Source: Candidatus Thorarchaeota archaeon (GTDB taxonomy: Archaea > Asgardarchaeota > Thorarchaeia > Thorarchaeales > Thorarchaeaceae). Taken from it: a stretch of 64,000 nt of DNA. A program made the translations under genes and the position numbers. Below are positions 29,964-39,209 of the stretch, piece after piece. Within the stretch, counting starts at the first letter, position 1. Each line of letters opens with the position of its first letter. Under the pieces are notes generated by a model. The model saw only the letters and a program-made list of their open reading frames with translations, ran no database searches and had not been told where the DNA came from. The stretch is taken from the NCBI GenBank assembly GCA_019057475.1, contig DXJO01000028.1, forward strand, positions 1 to 64,000, read 5' to 3'.

Positions 29964-30575
29964 ATGCAGGACTCCACGCCACGCCGCTATGACAGAATGC
30001 TTCTTGCCAAAGTCATATCTGGGCTTGGCTCACCGATGATTCTGGCTTTCCCTGCATTCATTGCTCTCATAATTACCACGAACCCTCCTTCTTTGCCCCT
30101 GCTATTACTAGTGGCATTTTTCTTTGGTTCTGCTTTCCCCATGCTGGTAATCTATTTCATGTACAAGATGGGCAAAGTCGGAGACTTGGATGTTACAGAC
30201 CGGAGCCAACGCACGGTTCCATTCATATTGAACATCCTTATGTACGCATTGGGCACAATCATCATGCTCGCCCTGAATGCGCCTGCAATTGTGAGCGCAT
30301 TGATGTTCTGCTACACAATGAACACGCTTGTTACTTTTCTCATCAGCCTTCACTGGAAGATTAGCGTGCACGCTATCGGTGTGGCAGGACCATTCACGTG
30401 CCTAATCTACTTCTTGGGTTGGCTGTACAGTCCGCTGCTCCTGCTCATCATACCTATTGGTTGGTCGAGAGTAGAATTGAAAGCACACACTTTGGCACAA
30501 GTAGTTGCAGGATTCCTGCTATCCATGGCAATGACTTGGGCTCAACTCGTCTTACTGTTTCGATTCTTCCTGTGA
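29964..30575 (+). CDS. PAP2-related multi-pass membrane protein
   Basis: KISVHA and WSRVELKAHT..QV motifs, several TM helices; start ATG 29964. Confidence 0.8.
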   Translation: MQDSTPRRYDRMLLAKVISGLGSPMILAFPAFIALIITTNPPSLPLLLLVAFFFGSAFPMLVIYFMYKMGKVGDLDVTDRSQRTVPFILNILMYALGTIIMLALNAPAIVSALMFCYTMNTLVTFLISLHWKISVHAIGVAGPFTCLIYFLGWLYSPLLLLIIPIGWSRVELKAHTLAQVVAGFLLSMAMTWAQLVLLFRFFL

Positions 30576-30611
30576 ATACCACTTCTGTTCCAAGTAGCAG
30601 CCATTCTAGCG

Positions 30612-31997
30612 TCAGCGCGACAACGCGCTGGCCAAAGCTTGGGCGGCGCGCTCAGGGACTGAGAATACCGGAATTCCCGCATTCTCTAGGAGCTCCTTTC
30701 CTGGTGGTGGTTTACATTCAGGCGCATTGAGAATCGCGATCACGAGCTTGTGTGTCTGTTTCCTGGTTTCAACTATGATGTCTATCGGCATGCCTCCACC
30801 GATGTCATCAAGGTAGTTGGGCGAGAAGACAATCATGGCCGCATCATATTGTTCTTCGTTCATGACCAGACGGAACGCCTCGCCGAAAATTCGTGGTTGT
30901 GACCATCCCTGTGCCAGTAAGTCAATCGGGTTTGAAACCGGTATCTCAATTGGCATTGCCAACAATTCCTGCACACGCTTGATAGTATTGTCCGAAGGCG
31001 GAGGGAGTTGGATTCCCTGCTCCTCAAGAACTTGTGTTGCGATCAAGGCAGGGCCTAGGGTATGAGTGACAATGGCAACCCTGTTCCCTTTGGGACGGGA
31101 GCCATGCAGTGAAATCACCTTGGCAGTGTCAATCATCTCGGTGACGTTTTTAACCTCGATTCCACCCGCCTGTTTAACGGCGGCACTATAGAGCTCAGGT
31201 TGACCTGCTAGGCTGCCTGTGTGGCTCAAGGCTGCGCTTCTAGATACAGGGGTCTTTCCGACTTTGTATACAATGATTGGCTTCTTTGTCGCGACCTTGG
31301 ACATCTCCTCGTACATCATCCGTCCGTGTTCTGTGCCCTCTATGAACAGACAAACCACTTCAGTGTCGGAGTCCTGATTCAAGAATTTCAGCATGTCATG
31401 GAAGTCAATATTGACGCGATTACCTATACTGGCGAACTTAGCAACGCCGAGGTTAGAATCGGACGCGGCATAGATCATGAGACCCGCCACCCCCCCACTC
31501 TGGCTTACAAACGAAACATTTCCTCCTCGGAGCGGAATGAAATTTTGTGGGAAGAATGTCGCATTGAGTTTGACATTCAGGTTACCCGCACCCAGGCAGT
31601 TTGGTCCAATCACCGCAATCTGAGCGCTGTCAGCAATCTCCTTGATGTGGCTCTGCAATTGCTCACCAAGCGTTCCCAGCTCCTTGAAACCTGCAGAGAA
31701 GATTATTGCAGAACCCACCCCCGCTTCCGCGCATTCACTCAAAGCTGTTGGGACTGTTGGAGCTCCGACAGCAATTATCGCCAAGTCAATATTGGATTCG
31801 ATGTTTACAACGCTGGGATAGCATTTCAAGTCGTCGAGTTGTGACAACCTTGGATTGACAGGGTAGAGGTTTCCTTCAAAGGAACGTAACGCACGTAGCG
31901 TCAGCGCGCCAAGCTTGTTTGGTTTGTCTGAAGCTCCAATCACGGCCACGGACTTTGGGTTGAACAGCTTCTGCAGGGAGTCCATCTTCCATGCCAA
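30612..31997 (-). CDS. acdA: ADP-forming acyl-CoA synthetase alpha subunit
   Basis: PKSVAVIGAS, GPNCLG, SQSGG, SHTGSLAG (phospho-His), NPIDL. Confidence 0.9.
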   Translation of the reverse strand: MAWKMDSLQKLFNPKSVAVIGASDKPNKLGALTLRALRSFEGNLYPVNPRLSQLDDLKCYPSVVNIESNIDLAIIAVGAPTVPTALSECAEAGVGSAIIFSAGFKELGTLGEQLQSHIKEIADSAQIAVIGPNCLGAGNLNVKLNATFFPQNFIPLRGGNVSFVSQSGGVAGLMIYAASDSNLGVAKFASIGNRVNIDFHDMLKFLNQDSDTEVVCLFIEGTEHGRMMYEEMSKVATKKPIIVYKVGKTPVSRSAALSHTGSLAGQPELYSAAVKQAGGIEVKNVTEMIDTAKVISLHGSRPKGNRVAIVTHTLGPALIATQVLEEQGIQLPPPSDNTIKRVQELLAMPIEIPVSNPIDLLAQGWSQPRIFGEAFRLVMNEEQYDAAMIVFSPNYLDDIGGGMPIDIIVETRKQTHKLVIAILNAPECKPPPGKELLENAGIPVFSVPERAAQALASALSR

Positions 31998-32014
31998 TAG
32001 GTAAGCACCCCCCT

Positions 32015-32917
32015 TTATGCCTTGAAGTCTTCAATTATGCTCTCTATCTTGGCGACAACAAGTTGACAGATAGCGTCCTCGGCTTGCCTGTAGTCGGTGA
32101 ACCCTACGATTTCCGTTTCAGATTTGAAAACACACTGCACCATGTAATCTTGAATCAATCGTGCGGCACGAAACTCTTTGAACCTGTCACTCTCATTATC
32201 AGACACAGTCCTCAGTTTGCCTGTCAGGTGCTTCGTGATAAACATCTCTTTGTGAACTTTGGGCGCAAGGTTGACTAGCACCTCTAGAACGCTTGGGCAA
32301 ATATCGTGAAGGTCCCCCGGAAGAATATGTACTCCCTCAACAATAGTATCAGCACCTTCAGCGACTACACGTTGCACCATCCTCTGCACGTGAGGGCAAA
32401 TCAGCTCACATTGGGCCAGATAACCTCTCACGACTGGGTTCAGATTCTCGGGACCGGTCTGCCTATGAGCGTGCGCTTGGTATGTGTGACAATGGAGTTC
32501 AGGGTTAGTTTCCTTTGGCCTGAAATCCCTGAGGATTTGCCTTAGCGTATCTGTGCTGATGATACGGGTGGCCGCCATATTGAAAATCATATTGAGGGCT
32601 AACATTGACTTTCCAGTTCCTGAGGCTCCTTCCAAGACAAGGACTACAGGTGGTGGACCTATTTTTTCTCTCCTCAACCGTTCATACTCGGTGAGGACAT
32701 CGAAGCTGTGCTGCACAGCGAGATCTTTGGGGGGTATCTTGCTTCTGCAGGCTTGAACTAAGTCCTCCTCTTTAACGGTGTTGCGTTTTCTGAGGGCATG
32801 AGCTGCGTTCGCAACGATTCTCTCAACATCCCAAGGATTCACGCCACTCAATCTCAGTCGGCCTCGAAGCACAACCCACGGATATGGAATTGAATGTCCC
32901 TCGACATCGATGTTCAA
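32015..32917 (-). CDS. 2-phosphoglycerate kinase-family P-loop kinase
   Basis: GASGTGKS, STDTLRQ, EGVH; N-terminal ATP-cone-like helices. Confidence 0.75.
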   Translation of the reverse strand: MNIDVEGHSIPYPWVVLRGRLRLSGVNPWDVERIVANAAHALRKRNTVKEEDLVQACRSKIPPKDLAVQHSFDVLTEYERLRREKIGPPPVVLVLEGASGTGKSMLALNMIFNMAATRIISTDTLRQILRDFRPKETNPELHCHTYQAHAHRQTGPENLNPVVRGYLAQCELICPHVQRMVQRVVAEGADTIVEGVHILPGDLHDICPSVLEVLVNLAPKVHKEMFITKHLTGKLRTVSDNESDRFKEFRAARLIQDYMVQCVFKSETEIVGFTDYRQAEDAICQLVVAKIESIIEDFKA

Positions 32918-32958
32918 AGAAGTTCGCTCCTCTTGGTCCTATTGAATCAAGAACCACC

Positions 32959-33444
32959 TCAAAAGCTCTTCCATGAGCAATAGCCGCGAGATTCCCGTCT
33001 CTGAGTTCCTCGGAATGTCCTCCCCTTATCTGACCTCTCTCGTTTCTTCTTGGGTTTCTTTCCTGCAAATGGCCTGCTCATATCGTGACTGTCGTTCACA
33101 GTTTCAACAGGAGATTTGGAAGCCAATATCTCGCCGAATCGACCCCTCGTCAACCTCATTCTATAGCTGAATTCATTGACATACCCATTTCTGATGACGT
33201 AGCTCTTGCCTGTTTCAATCGATTCAATGTCATTATCCCAGATGGTCAACAGGATCCTTGCAGATTCATCTGCGACCTGTGACTCTACAACTCGGTGCAT
33301 CCTGCCCGTCTTCTTCACGATGACCTCTTTCTGATCCCCCATCTCAAGCACCTTGAATTGTACCAGTTCTACTCGCGATCTAGGGGTGAGGTTTGCAATG
33401 AGAGTCCTTCTATGGGCGGCTTCCATGATTTCAACCTCTGACAA
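32959..33444 (-). CDS. ssb: Single-OB-fold ssDNA-binding protein with basic tail
   Basis: VADESARILLTIWD...GKSYVIRNGYVNEF...LTRGRFG, crenarchaeal-SSB-like. Confidence 0.85.
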   Translation of the reverse strand: MSEVEIMEAAHRRTLIANLTPRSRVELVQFKVLEMGDQKEVIVKKTGRMHRVVESQVADESARILLTIWDNDIESIETGKSYVIRNGYVNEFSYRMRLTRGRFGEILASKSPVETVNDSHDMSRPFAGKKPKKKRERSDKGRTFRGTQRRESRGYCSWKSF

Positions 33445-33647
33445 GTCCGGTGCACCTTCATCACTCTATCCGATCTGACCCTAAAGAGCACCTCCGTTCT
33501 CTGAACCATCGTTTTCCAATGTCGTTAGTTACGGTGTGTAAGTCCTTGGAGCCGCTTAGTCAGTTTTTGTACCAAGCGGTGAGCTAAAATACACCTTTTA
33601 TTTTTGCATGCAAATACTTGGCGAGCAGCAAGTGGTGGAAAATTGTA

Positions 33648-34175
33648 ATGGTCGTACGTAGGTCCACTTCCGATTTAGCTTTCCGTAACTGGGTTCTAGA
33701 GCAGCCTGAAGGAGAAACGCTGCTTAGGTGCTATCAGTGTGGACGATGCACCAGCGCTTGCCCAGTCGCAGCGATTGACAACTCATTCAATCCTCGACTG
33801 TTCCTTCAAAAGATCCTGCTTGCTGATGAGTCCTTGGCTGAGGAACAGCTAGTCTGGACTTGCTTGACCTGCGAGCAATGCGAGGTTAGATGTCCCGAGC
33901 ATGTCAAGATACCGCATCTGCTTATTCTGGCGAAAGTCAGGGGCCTTGTGGGAGGCAACATACCTCAGGCAGCTCTCGACAGGGCAAGGGCAATACTCGC
34001 TGGTGGACGCATCATTATGGTGAACGAATCTATGCTCAAGACCAGAGACAAGATGGGTCTCCCCGACCTTGGCCAGCCTCCAGTTGACCAAATCGCAAGT
34101 GTGCTTAAGGAAATTGGGCTTGCAAAGAAGTTGGAGAATGTGGAGTCAGTATATGGAGGTGGGAGCAATGAGTAA
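33648..34175 (+). CDS. hdrC: Heterodisulfide reductase subunit C-like
   Basis: CYQCGRCTSACP and WTCLTCEQCEVRCP. Confidence 0.93.
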   Translation: MVVRRSTSDLAFRNWVLEQPEGETLLRCYQCGRCTSACPVAAIDNSFNPRLFLQKILLADESLAEEQLVWTCLTCEQCEVRCPEHVKIPHLLILAKVRGLVGGNIPQAALDRARAILAGGRIIMVNESMLKTRDKMGLPDLGQPPVDQIASVLKEIGLAKKLENVESVYGGGSNE

Positions 34176-35070
34176 GATGAAGACTTACACTTACTTCCCC
34201 GGATGCATGGTCCCGTTTAGGCTTCCGCATTTCGAGTTGGCCGCACGAGCAGTGCTGAAGAAGCTCGACATAGAGTTGGAGGCGAACCCGGGACATGCCT
34301 GTTGTCCAGAACCCACGACGTTCACAGGAGTCGATTTCGAGGCTTGGATAACGCTCGCCGCTAGAAATGTCGCTGTTAGCGAAACTACTGGATTGGAAAC
34401 TCTTTCTCTCTGTAGTGGTTGTTTCCATACTTTGGCTGTTGCTAACCACATGATTCAGGAAGACGAAAATCTGAAGGGCAGAATCAATGAGCGGCTCAAA
34501 ACGGTCGGGCTGAAGGTGACTGGACGCTTAATTGTCAAGAATATCCTTCATGTTCTTCATGGGGACGTTGGGCTGGAACGAATAAAGAAGGAGATTACTC
34601 ATCCACTCACAGGATTAAAGTTCGCACCCCACTATGGATGCCATCTTGTGAGGCCGCTAGAAGCAACTCACATGGACGATGCTGAGCAACCAAAGTGGAT
34701 GGATGATTTAATAGAAGTCACAGGTGCCGAGGTGGCGGACTTCGAAGACAAGATGGCTTGCTGTGGGGCACCGATTATGCCTTCAGATGCAGACAAAGCC
34801 TTCACACTCACTGCGGACAGAATCGAGAAAATCCGAGCATCAGGCGCGGATGCTATCATAGTAGTTTGCCCGACTTGCTACACTCAGTTGGAAACGCAGC
34901 AGAAAAAGGCAACCGCAAAATTCGATCCGGAGTATAGCATCCCTGTGCTGTATCTGGGCGAGTTACTGGCCATATCGATGGGCATGAAGGACATGGTCAT
35001 ATCTAATGCAAGACGGTATCATCGTGTCAAAGTGGGGCCACTGCTTGAAAAAATCGGAGGTGCCGCATAG
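34168..35070 (+). CDS. hdrB: Heterodisulfide reductase subunit B-like
   Basis: Two CCG domains: FPGC...CCP...CSGC and HYGCH...CCG...CPTC; start ATG 34168. Confidence 0.95.
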   Translation: MSKMKTYTYFPGCMVPFRLPHFELAARAVLKKLDIELEANPGHACCPEPTTFTGVDFEAWITLAARNVAVSETTGLETLSLCSGCFHTLAVANHMIQEDENLKGRINERLKTVGLKVTGRLIVKNILHVLHGDVGLERIKKEITHPLTGLKFAPHYGCHLVRPLEATHMDDAEQPKWMDDLIEVTGAEVADFEDKMACCGAPIMPSDADKAFTLTADRIEKIRASGADAIIVVCPTCYTQLETQQKKATAKFDPEYSIPVLYLGELLAISMGMKDMVISNARRYHRVKVGPLLEKIGGAA

Positions 35071-36336
35071 ATGACAAAGACTGTTGTTGTTATCGGAGCT
35101 GGTTTAGCTGGTATTCAAGTCACTCAGCAGCTCACTGACTTGGGTGTTACCGTTCATCTAATCGAAAAGGAGTCTATTATCGGCGGCCTCGCAACACACT
35201 TGGGGCGTGTCTTCCCCACAGGCGACTGTGCTCTTTGTCTAGATGCGTGTGAAGAGCTGTTCGACGGGCATCATCGACGGTGTCAGTACAGAAGTCTACT
35301 GACGTCGAAGAAGAATCTAAAATTATACACTCAGACGGAGATAAGGTCGATAACTGAAGTAGATGGAAAGTTCTCTCTTTCCATTAAATCGCATCCGCGC
35401 TACGTTCTTCTTGACCGATGTGTTGTATGCCTCGAGTGCATCAATGTATGCGACGTTGAAATCCCGGATGAATACGCAATTCGGGGCGGTACTAGAAAAG
35501 CAATCTATCGACCGATATCTCAAGGTGTTCCACTCGTTCCGCTTATTGACATGGACCACTGCACCCAGTGTGGCAAGTGTGTTGAAGTCTGTGGAGTCGA
35601 TGCGATTGACCTTGCAGAGAAAGCTAAGACCCGTACAATCAAAGCTGATGCTCTGATTCTAGCGACGGGCGTTGAGGAGAAGATACCTCTCAATTTGCCC
35701 GGCTATGCTTACAGTGAATCTGACGACATAATCACCCAAAGAGAACTAGCAAGGCTGATTGACCCAACTGGTGATACGGATGGTCAAGTAATCACATCAT
35801 CCGGAGATGCTGCAGCTAAGGTAACGATGATATTATGCGCTGGCAGCCGGGATTTGGAAGCCACTGAGTACTGCTCCCAAGCTTGTTGTACTTACAGCCT
35901 GAAGCACGCAAACATGCTGAGGGACAAGGAGATCGATGTGACAATATGCTACATGGATCTGCGCGTTCAGAAAGCAAGCAACCACTATCTGGACTTGGCA
36001 AGAGAGAAGGGCGTAAAATTCCTCAGAGGAAAGCCTGACCGGGTTGTTGTCAGGAACGGCAAGCCTACTACAATCGTTGAAGATACACAGACCCAGCAAC
36101 GGATGGAGATTGAATCTGACATAGTGGTTCTGGCATCCCCATTATCTCCACTTGCCAGTCAGAGTGAGGTTTTGGCCGATTTCCTGGGTGAATACGGGTT
36201 TGCGTTAAGAGTGGTCAAAGAAGGACGTGTCTATGCGTGTGGCACGGCCACAGGTCCTGAGGATATACCGACCAGTATTGCTGAGGCGAATGCCATTGCA
36301 CTGAGAGTGTATGCAGACTTGGAGGGTGGTCGTTAG
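35071..36336 (+). CDS. Short HdrA-family flavoprotein (QmoA-like size) with inserted 2x[4Fe-4S]
   Basis: GAGLAG, FPTGDCALC, two CxxCxxCxxxC motifs, CAGSR...CSQACC; lacks the N-terminal HdrA domain and C-terminal ferredoxin. Confidence 0.85.
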   Translation: MTKTVVVIGAGLAGIQVTQQLTDLGVTVHLIEKESIIGGLATHLGRVFPTGDCALCLDACEELFDGHHRRCQYRSLLTSKKNLKLYTQTEIRSITEVDGKFSLSIKSHPRYVLLDRCVVCLECINVCDVEIPDEYAIRGGTRKAIYRPISQGVPLVPLIDMDHCTQCGKCVEVCGVDAIDLAEKAKTRTIKADALILATGVEEKIPLNLPGYAYSESDDIITQRELARLIDPTGDTDGQVITSSGDAAAKVTMILCAGSRDLEATEYCSQACCTYSLKHANMLRDKEIDVTICYMDLRVQKASNHYLDLAREKGVKFLRGKPDRVVVRNGKPTTIVEDTQTQQRMEIESDIVVLASPLSPLASQSEVLADFLGEYGFALRVVKEGRVYACGTATGPEDIPTSIAEANAIALRVYADLEGGR

Positions 36337-38301
36337 ATGAAGAAGCTGTTTCTGTGTACCTGCAACAAGACACTCGATAAGAAGCTAGACTTTCTGCGCA
36401 TTGAGAAGGAGCTGAAGGGCGTCTTCGACAGTGTTCAGATTCACGACGCGCTGTGCCTGAAGGAAGGACTTGCCTTTTTGGAATCAGAAGTTTCCAATGA
36501 GGACAGCGTAGTTATTGGAGCCTGCACATCACAAATTATTGGCATGCCCATGTCTGAGAAACTGAAGACTGAGTCTGTTTCCTTTGTGCCTTTGAGAGAA
36601 CACGTGGCATGGGTTCACTCTAACGACTTGAAGGGCGCTTCAAACAAGGCTGTAGTGCTATTGTGTGATGCAGCAATCAGAGTTGACCACATGGATTCCC
36701 CAACGGTTGTGGAGAACCATATGGAGAAGGAGGTCCTAATTGTCGGTGGGGGCATGTGTGGCCTGAAGGTAGCTGCAGACCTTCTACACTTGGGCATTGA
36801 TGTGACAATTCTTGAGCCTTGTCCGTGGGATGATACGGCCTATGTTGAGGCTGGCCAATTCATGGCTGACAAAAATACACTCACGAAAATGGTCAAGGAG
36901 TTGGTATCTGCCACTGCATCCGCGACGACGATATGCTGTACCATAACCGGACTCGAGGGTCGGGCTGGGAAGTATGGCGTGTCCCTCGCGTGTCTTGATG
37001 GAAAAGTATCGACCATTGACTGTGGCTCGATTGTTATTGCGACCAATGTCGAGCAAAAGCCGCCGCCCATGGCAAAGAAGTTACTCTATGGCAAGTCCGA
37101 TCGAACGATCCTCCTCGGGAATCTTGCAACCCTCGTTGAAAAGCAAGGACCGAAGGACGTTAGGACAGTATTGGTAGCAGTTGACCCAACTCATCATCTC
37201 AGTGCTGTTGAGGGCGGTTATCTTCTTCGAGTTGTCACTGAGGCTGCGAAGAAGGGCAACACTGTCATTGTGGCACATTCAAACATAAGAACCGACGATG
37301 AGAACATTTACCGCGCCGCTCGAGAATCTGGTGTCATCTTTGTCAGAGGCACCTTGGAGAAGGCCAAAGATACCAAGGACGGAATGGTCTGCCGGCTGGA
37401 GAATACGCTGGAGTCGCAGATTAGAGAGTTTGTTGTTGATCTACTAGTACTTCAAACAATGACTCGGCCGAGAGGCGATACAGCTGAGCTCGCTAGAATA
37501 GCGGGGTTGAGTCTGGATGAAGATGGATTCATCACGACACGGTACTCGAAGAACAAGCCCGTCCAGACCTCCAAGAGAGGAATCTACATTGCTGGCAATG
37601 GCAAGATGCCAATGAGTATTGATGATGCGATAGCATCCGCCGGGAATGCGGCCCTCGAAGTATTCAAGGATATTCGAACCACCACTCGACGCAAAGGCTG
37701 GATTCCAATCATTGACGAGGAGCAATGTGATGTGTGTGAGGCGTGCATTGAGGCATGTCCGAATGACGCACTGAGACTTGTGGATGGCAAGGTAACTCAC
37801 ATTTCTCAGCATTGCGAGTTTTGTGGCATCTGCGTTTCGGTTTGTCCAACGCGGGCGATTGAGTTCCAATCTCACAGCAAGGAATCGTGGTTTGCCAGGC
37901 TCGAAGCTCTTGCAGAGAATCACAAAAAGATGGAGGGTGAGAAACCCTTCACATTCGTATACGCATGCAGTGAGTGCGCGAATGCATCGATAGACCTTGC
38001 TGGTTTCACCGGAAAGGGCTATCCTACCGGAACCTATGTGATTCAATTCCCGTGCGCGGGAATGGTTTCCCCAATAGAGATTCTGAAAGGGTTGGCGGTT
38101 GGCGCTGAACGCATTGTGGTTGCGCATTGTCCACCTGGCGGCTGTCATCATCAGACGGGAGATCATATGGCTGAGCTTGTTGTAAAATTCACACAGGACA
38201 TGTTGCGAAGCATAGGACAGGACCCTGAACGAGTAAAGGCCACGTATATGATTGCGGCGTTACCTAACAAGATGCAGGAGGAGGTGGCACACCGTGGATA
38301 A
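36337..38301 (+). CDS. HdrA-like-ferredoxin-MvhD fusion (QmoB-like architecture)
   Basis: FLCTC...LC...GACT...LREH, GGGMCG, two ferredoxin motifs, MvhD Cys set (ACSEC, PCAG, HCPPGGCHH); central HdrA Cys motif absent. Confidence 0.85.
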   Translation: MKKLFLCTCNKTLDKKLDFLRIEKELKGVFDSVQIHDALCLKEGLAFLESEVSNEDSVVIGACTSQIIGMPMSEKLKTESVSFVPLREHVAWVHSNDLKGASNKAVVLLCDAAIRVDHMDSPTVVENHMEKEVLIVGGGMCGLKVAADLLHLGIDVTILEPCPWDDTAYVEAGQFMADKNTLTKMVKELVSATASATTICCTITGLEGRAGKYGVSLACLDGKVSTIDCGSIVIATNVEQKPPPMAKKLLYGKSDRTILLGNLATLVEKQGPKDVRTVLVAVDPTHHLSAVEGGYLLRVVTEAAKKGNTVIVAHSNIRTDDENIYRAARESGVIFVRGTLEKAKDTKDGMVCRLENTLESQIREFVVDLLVLQTMTRPRGDTAELARIAGLSLDEDGFITTRYSKNKPVQTSKRGIYIAGNGKMPMSIDDAIASAGNAALEVFKDIRTTTRRKGWIPIIDEEQCDVCEACIEACPNDALRLVDGKVTHISQHCEFCGICVSVCPTRAIEFQSHSKESWFARLEALAENHKKMEGEKPFTFVYACSECANASIDLAGFTGKGYPTGTYVIQFPCAGMVSPIEILKGLAVGAERIVVAHCPPGGCHHQTGDHMAELVVKFTQDMLRSIGQDPERVKATYMIAALPNKMQEEVAHRG

Positions 38302-39208
38302 ACGTGACCAGCTCATCCAGAAGCTCCGGAACATCGCCGTAAAAACCCCTGAAAATGACGTCGAAGTGCCGGAGAAGGTTGAAGGCTTTGGAACCATCGA
38401 GTACGGCGCACAGACGTGTAGCGCCTGCAAGAAGTGCATCCTAGCCTGCGAGCCTGCCGCGTTGGACATGGACCCAACGATGAATCTTCCTGACTACTTG
38501 AAGGCTACAATTCCACACGACGGCTTCAGGTCCAAGAACCGAGAATCTCTCGTAACCCTCCTACAAGGACTTAGGGAAGAAGGCAATGTAGTGGCCATCT
38601 CGGTTCCTGATGGACTTCCTGGCTATGGTTCTATTGCATGGGCTGCAGATCGGTGCATTGCCTGCGACAAGTGCATTGAGGCTTGTCTTGAGGACTGTCT
38701 TACGTTGGAGAAGACGTACAAGCTACCAGAGATAATCGGCGAGGTGAAACCGCCTCCGTCAATCACCGTGAGTAAGGACTGGGAGCCATTCATACTTTGC
38801 TTTGTGTGTTGGGAGTGCTCGCATGCGGCGGCCGACTTAGCGGGTCTTATGCACTTGCACTATCCCACGAACATCAGAACTATTAGAATACCCTGTCTTG
38901 GCGCGGTCGAACCCATGCACATCATGACCGCATTGGAGAACGGAGTCGATGGAGTCTTGTTGACAGGTTGTCTCCTCTCAGAGTGTCACTATGGAGGAGA
39001 TAGCCCAAAGGCTGGCAATTTCATGCAGTACGACTTCGTAAAGTTCTGGATGGATGTTCTTGAAGAGATTGGCATGGGCGGCAGGATTCATATTGACTCC
39101 GCATCCGCGGCCATGGGCATTAAATTCGCTGATATCGTGAAGGAATTCACTGAGAAAATACAGAATCTGGGGCCCAGCCCGATTCGGGGAAAGCTGGAGG
39201 TGCGGTAG
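38294..39208 (+). CDS. mvhD: Ferredoxin-MvhD fusion
   Basis: CSACKKCILAC and CIACDKCIEAC, then FVCWECS, IPCLG, GCLLSECHY; GTG start 38294. Confidence 0.85.
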   Translation: MDKRDQLIQKLRNIAVKTPENDVEVPEKVEGFGTIEYGAQTCSACKKCILACEPAALDMDPTMNLPDYLKATIPHDGFRSKNRESLVTLLQGLREEGNVVAISVPDGLPGYGSIAWAADRCIACDKCIEACLEDCLTLEKTYKLPEIIGEVKPPPSITVSKDWEPFILCFVCWECSHAAADLAGLMHLHYPTNIRTIRIPCLGAVEPMHIMTALENGVDGVLLTGCLLSECHYGGDSPKAGNFMQYDFVKFWMDVLEEIGMGGRIHIDSASAAMGIKFADIVKEFTEKIQNLGPSPIRGKLEVR

Positions 39209-39209
39209 A

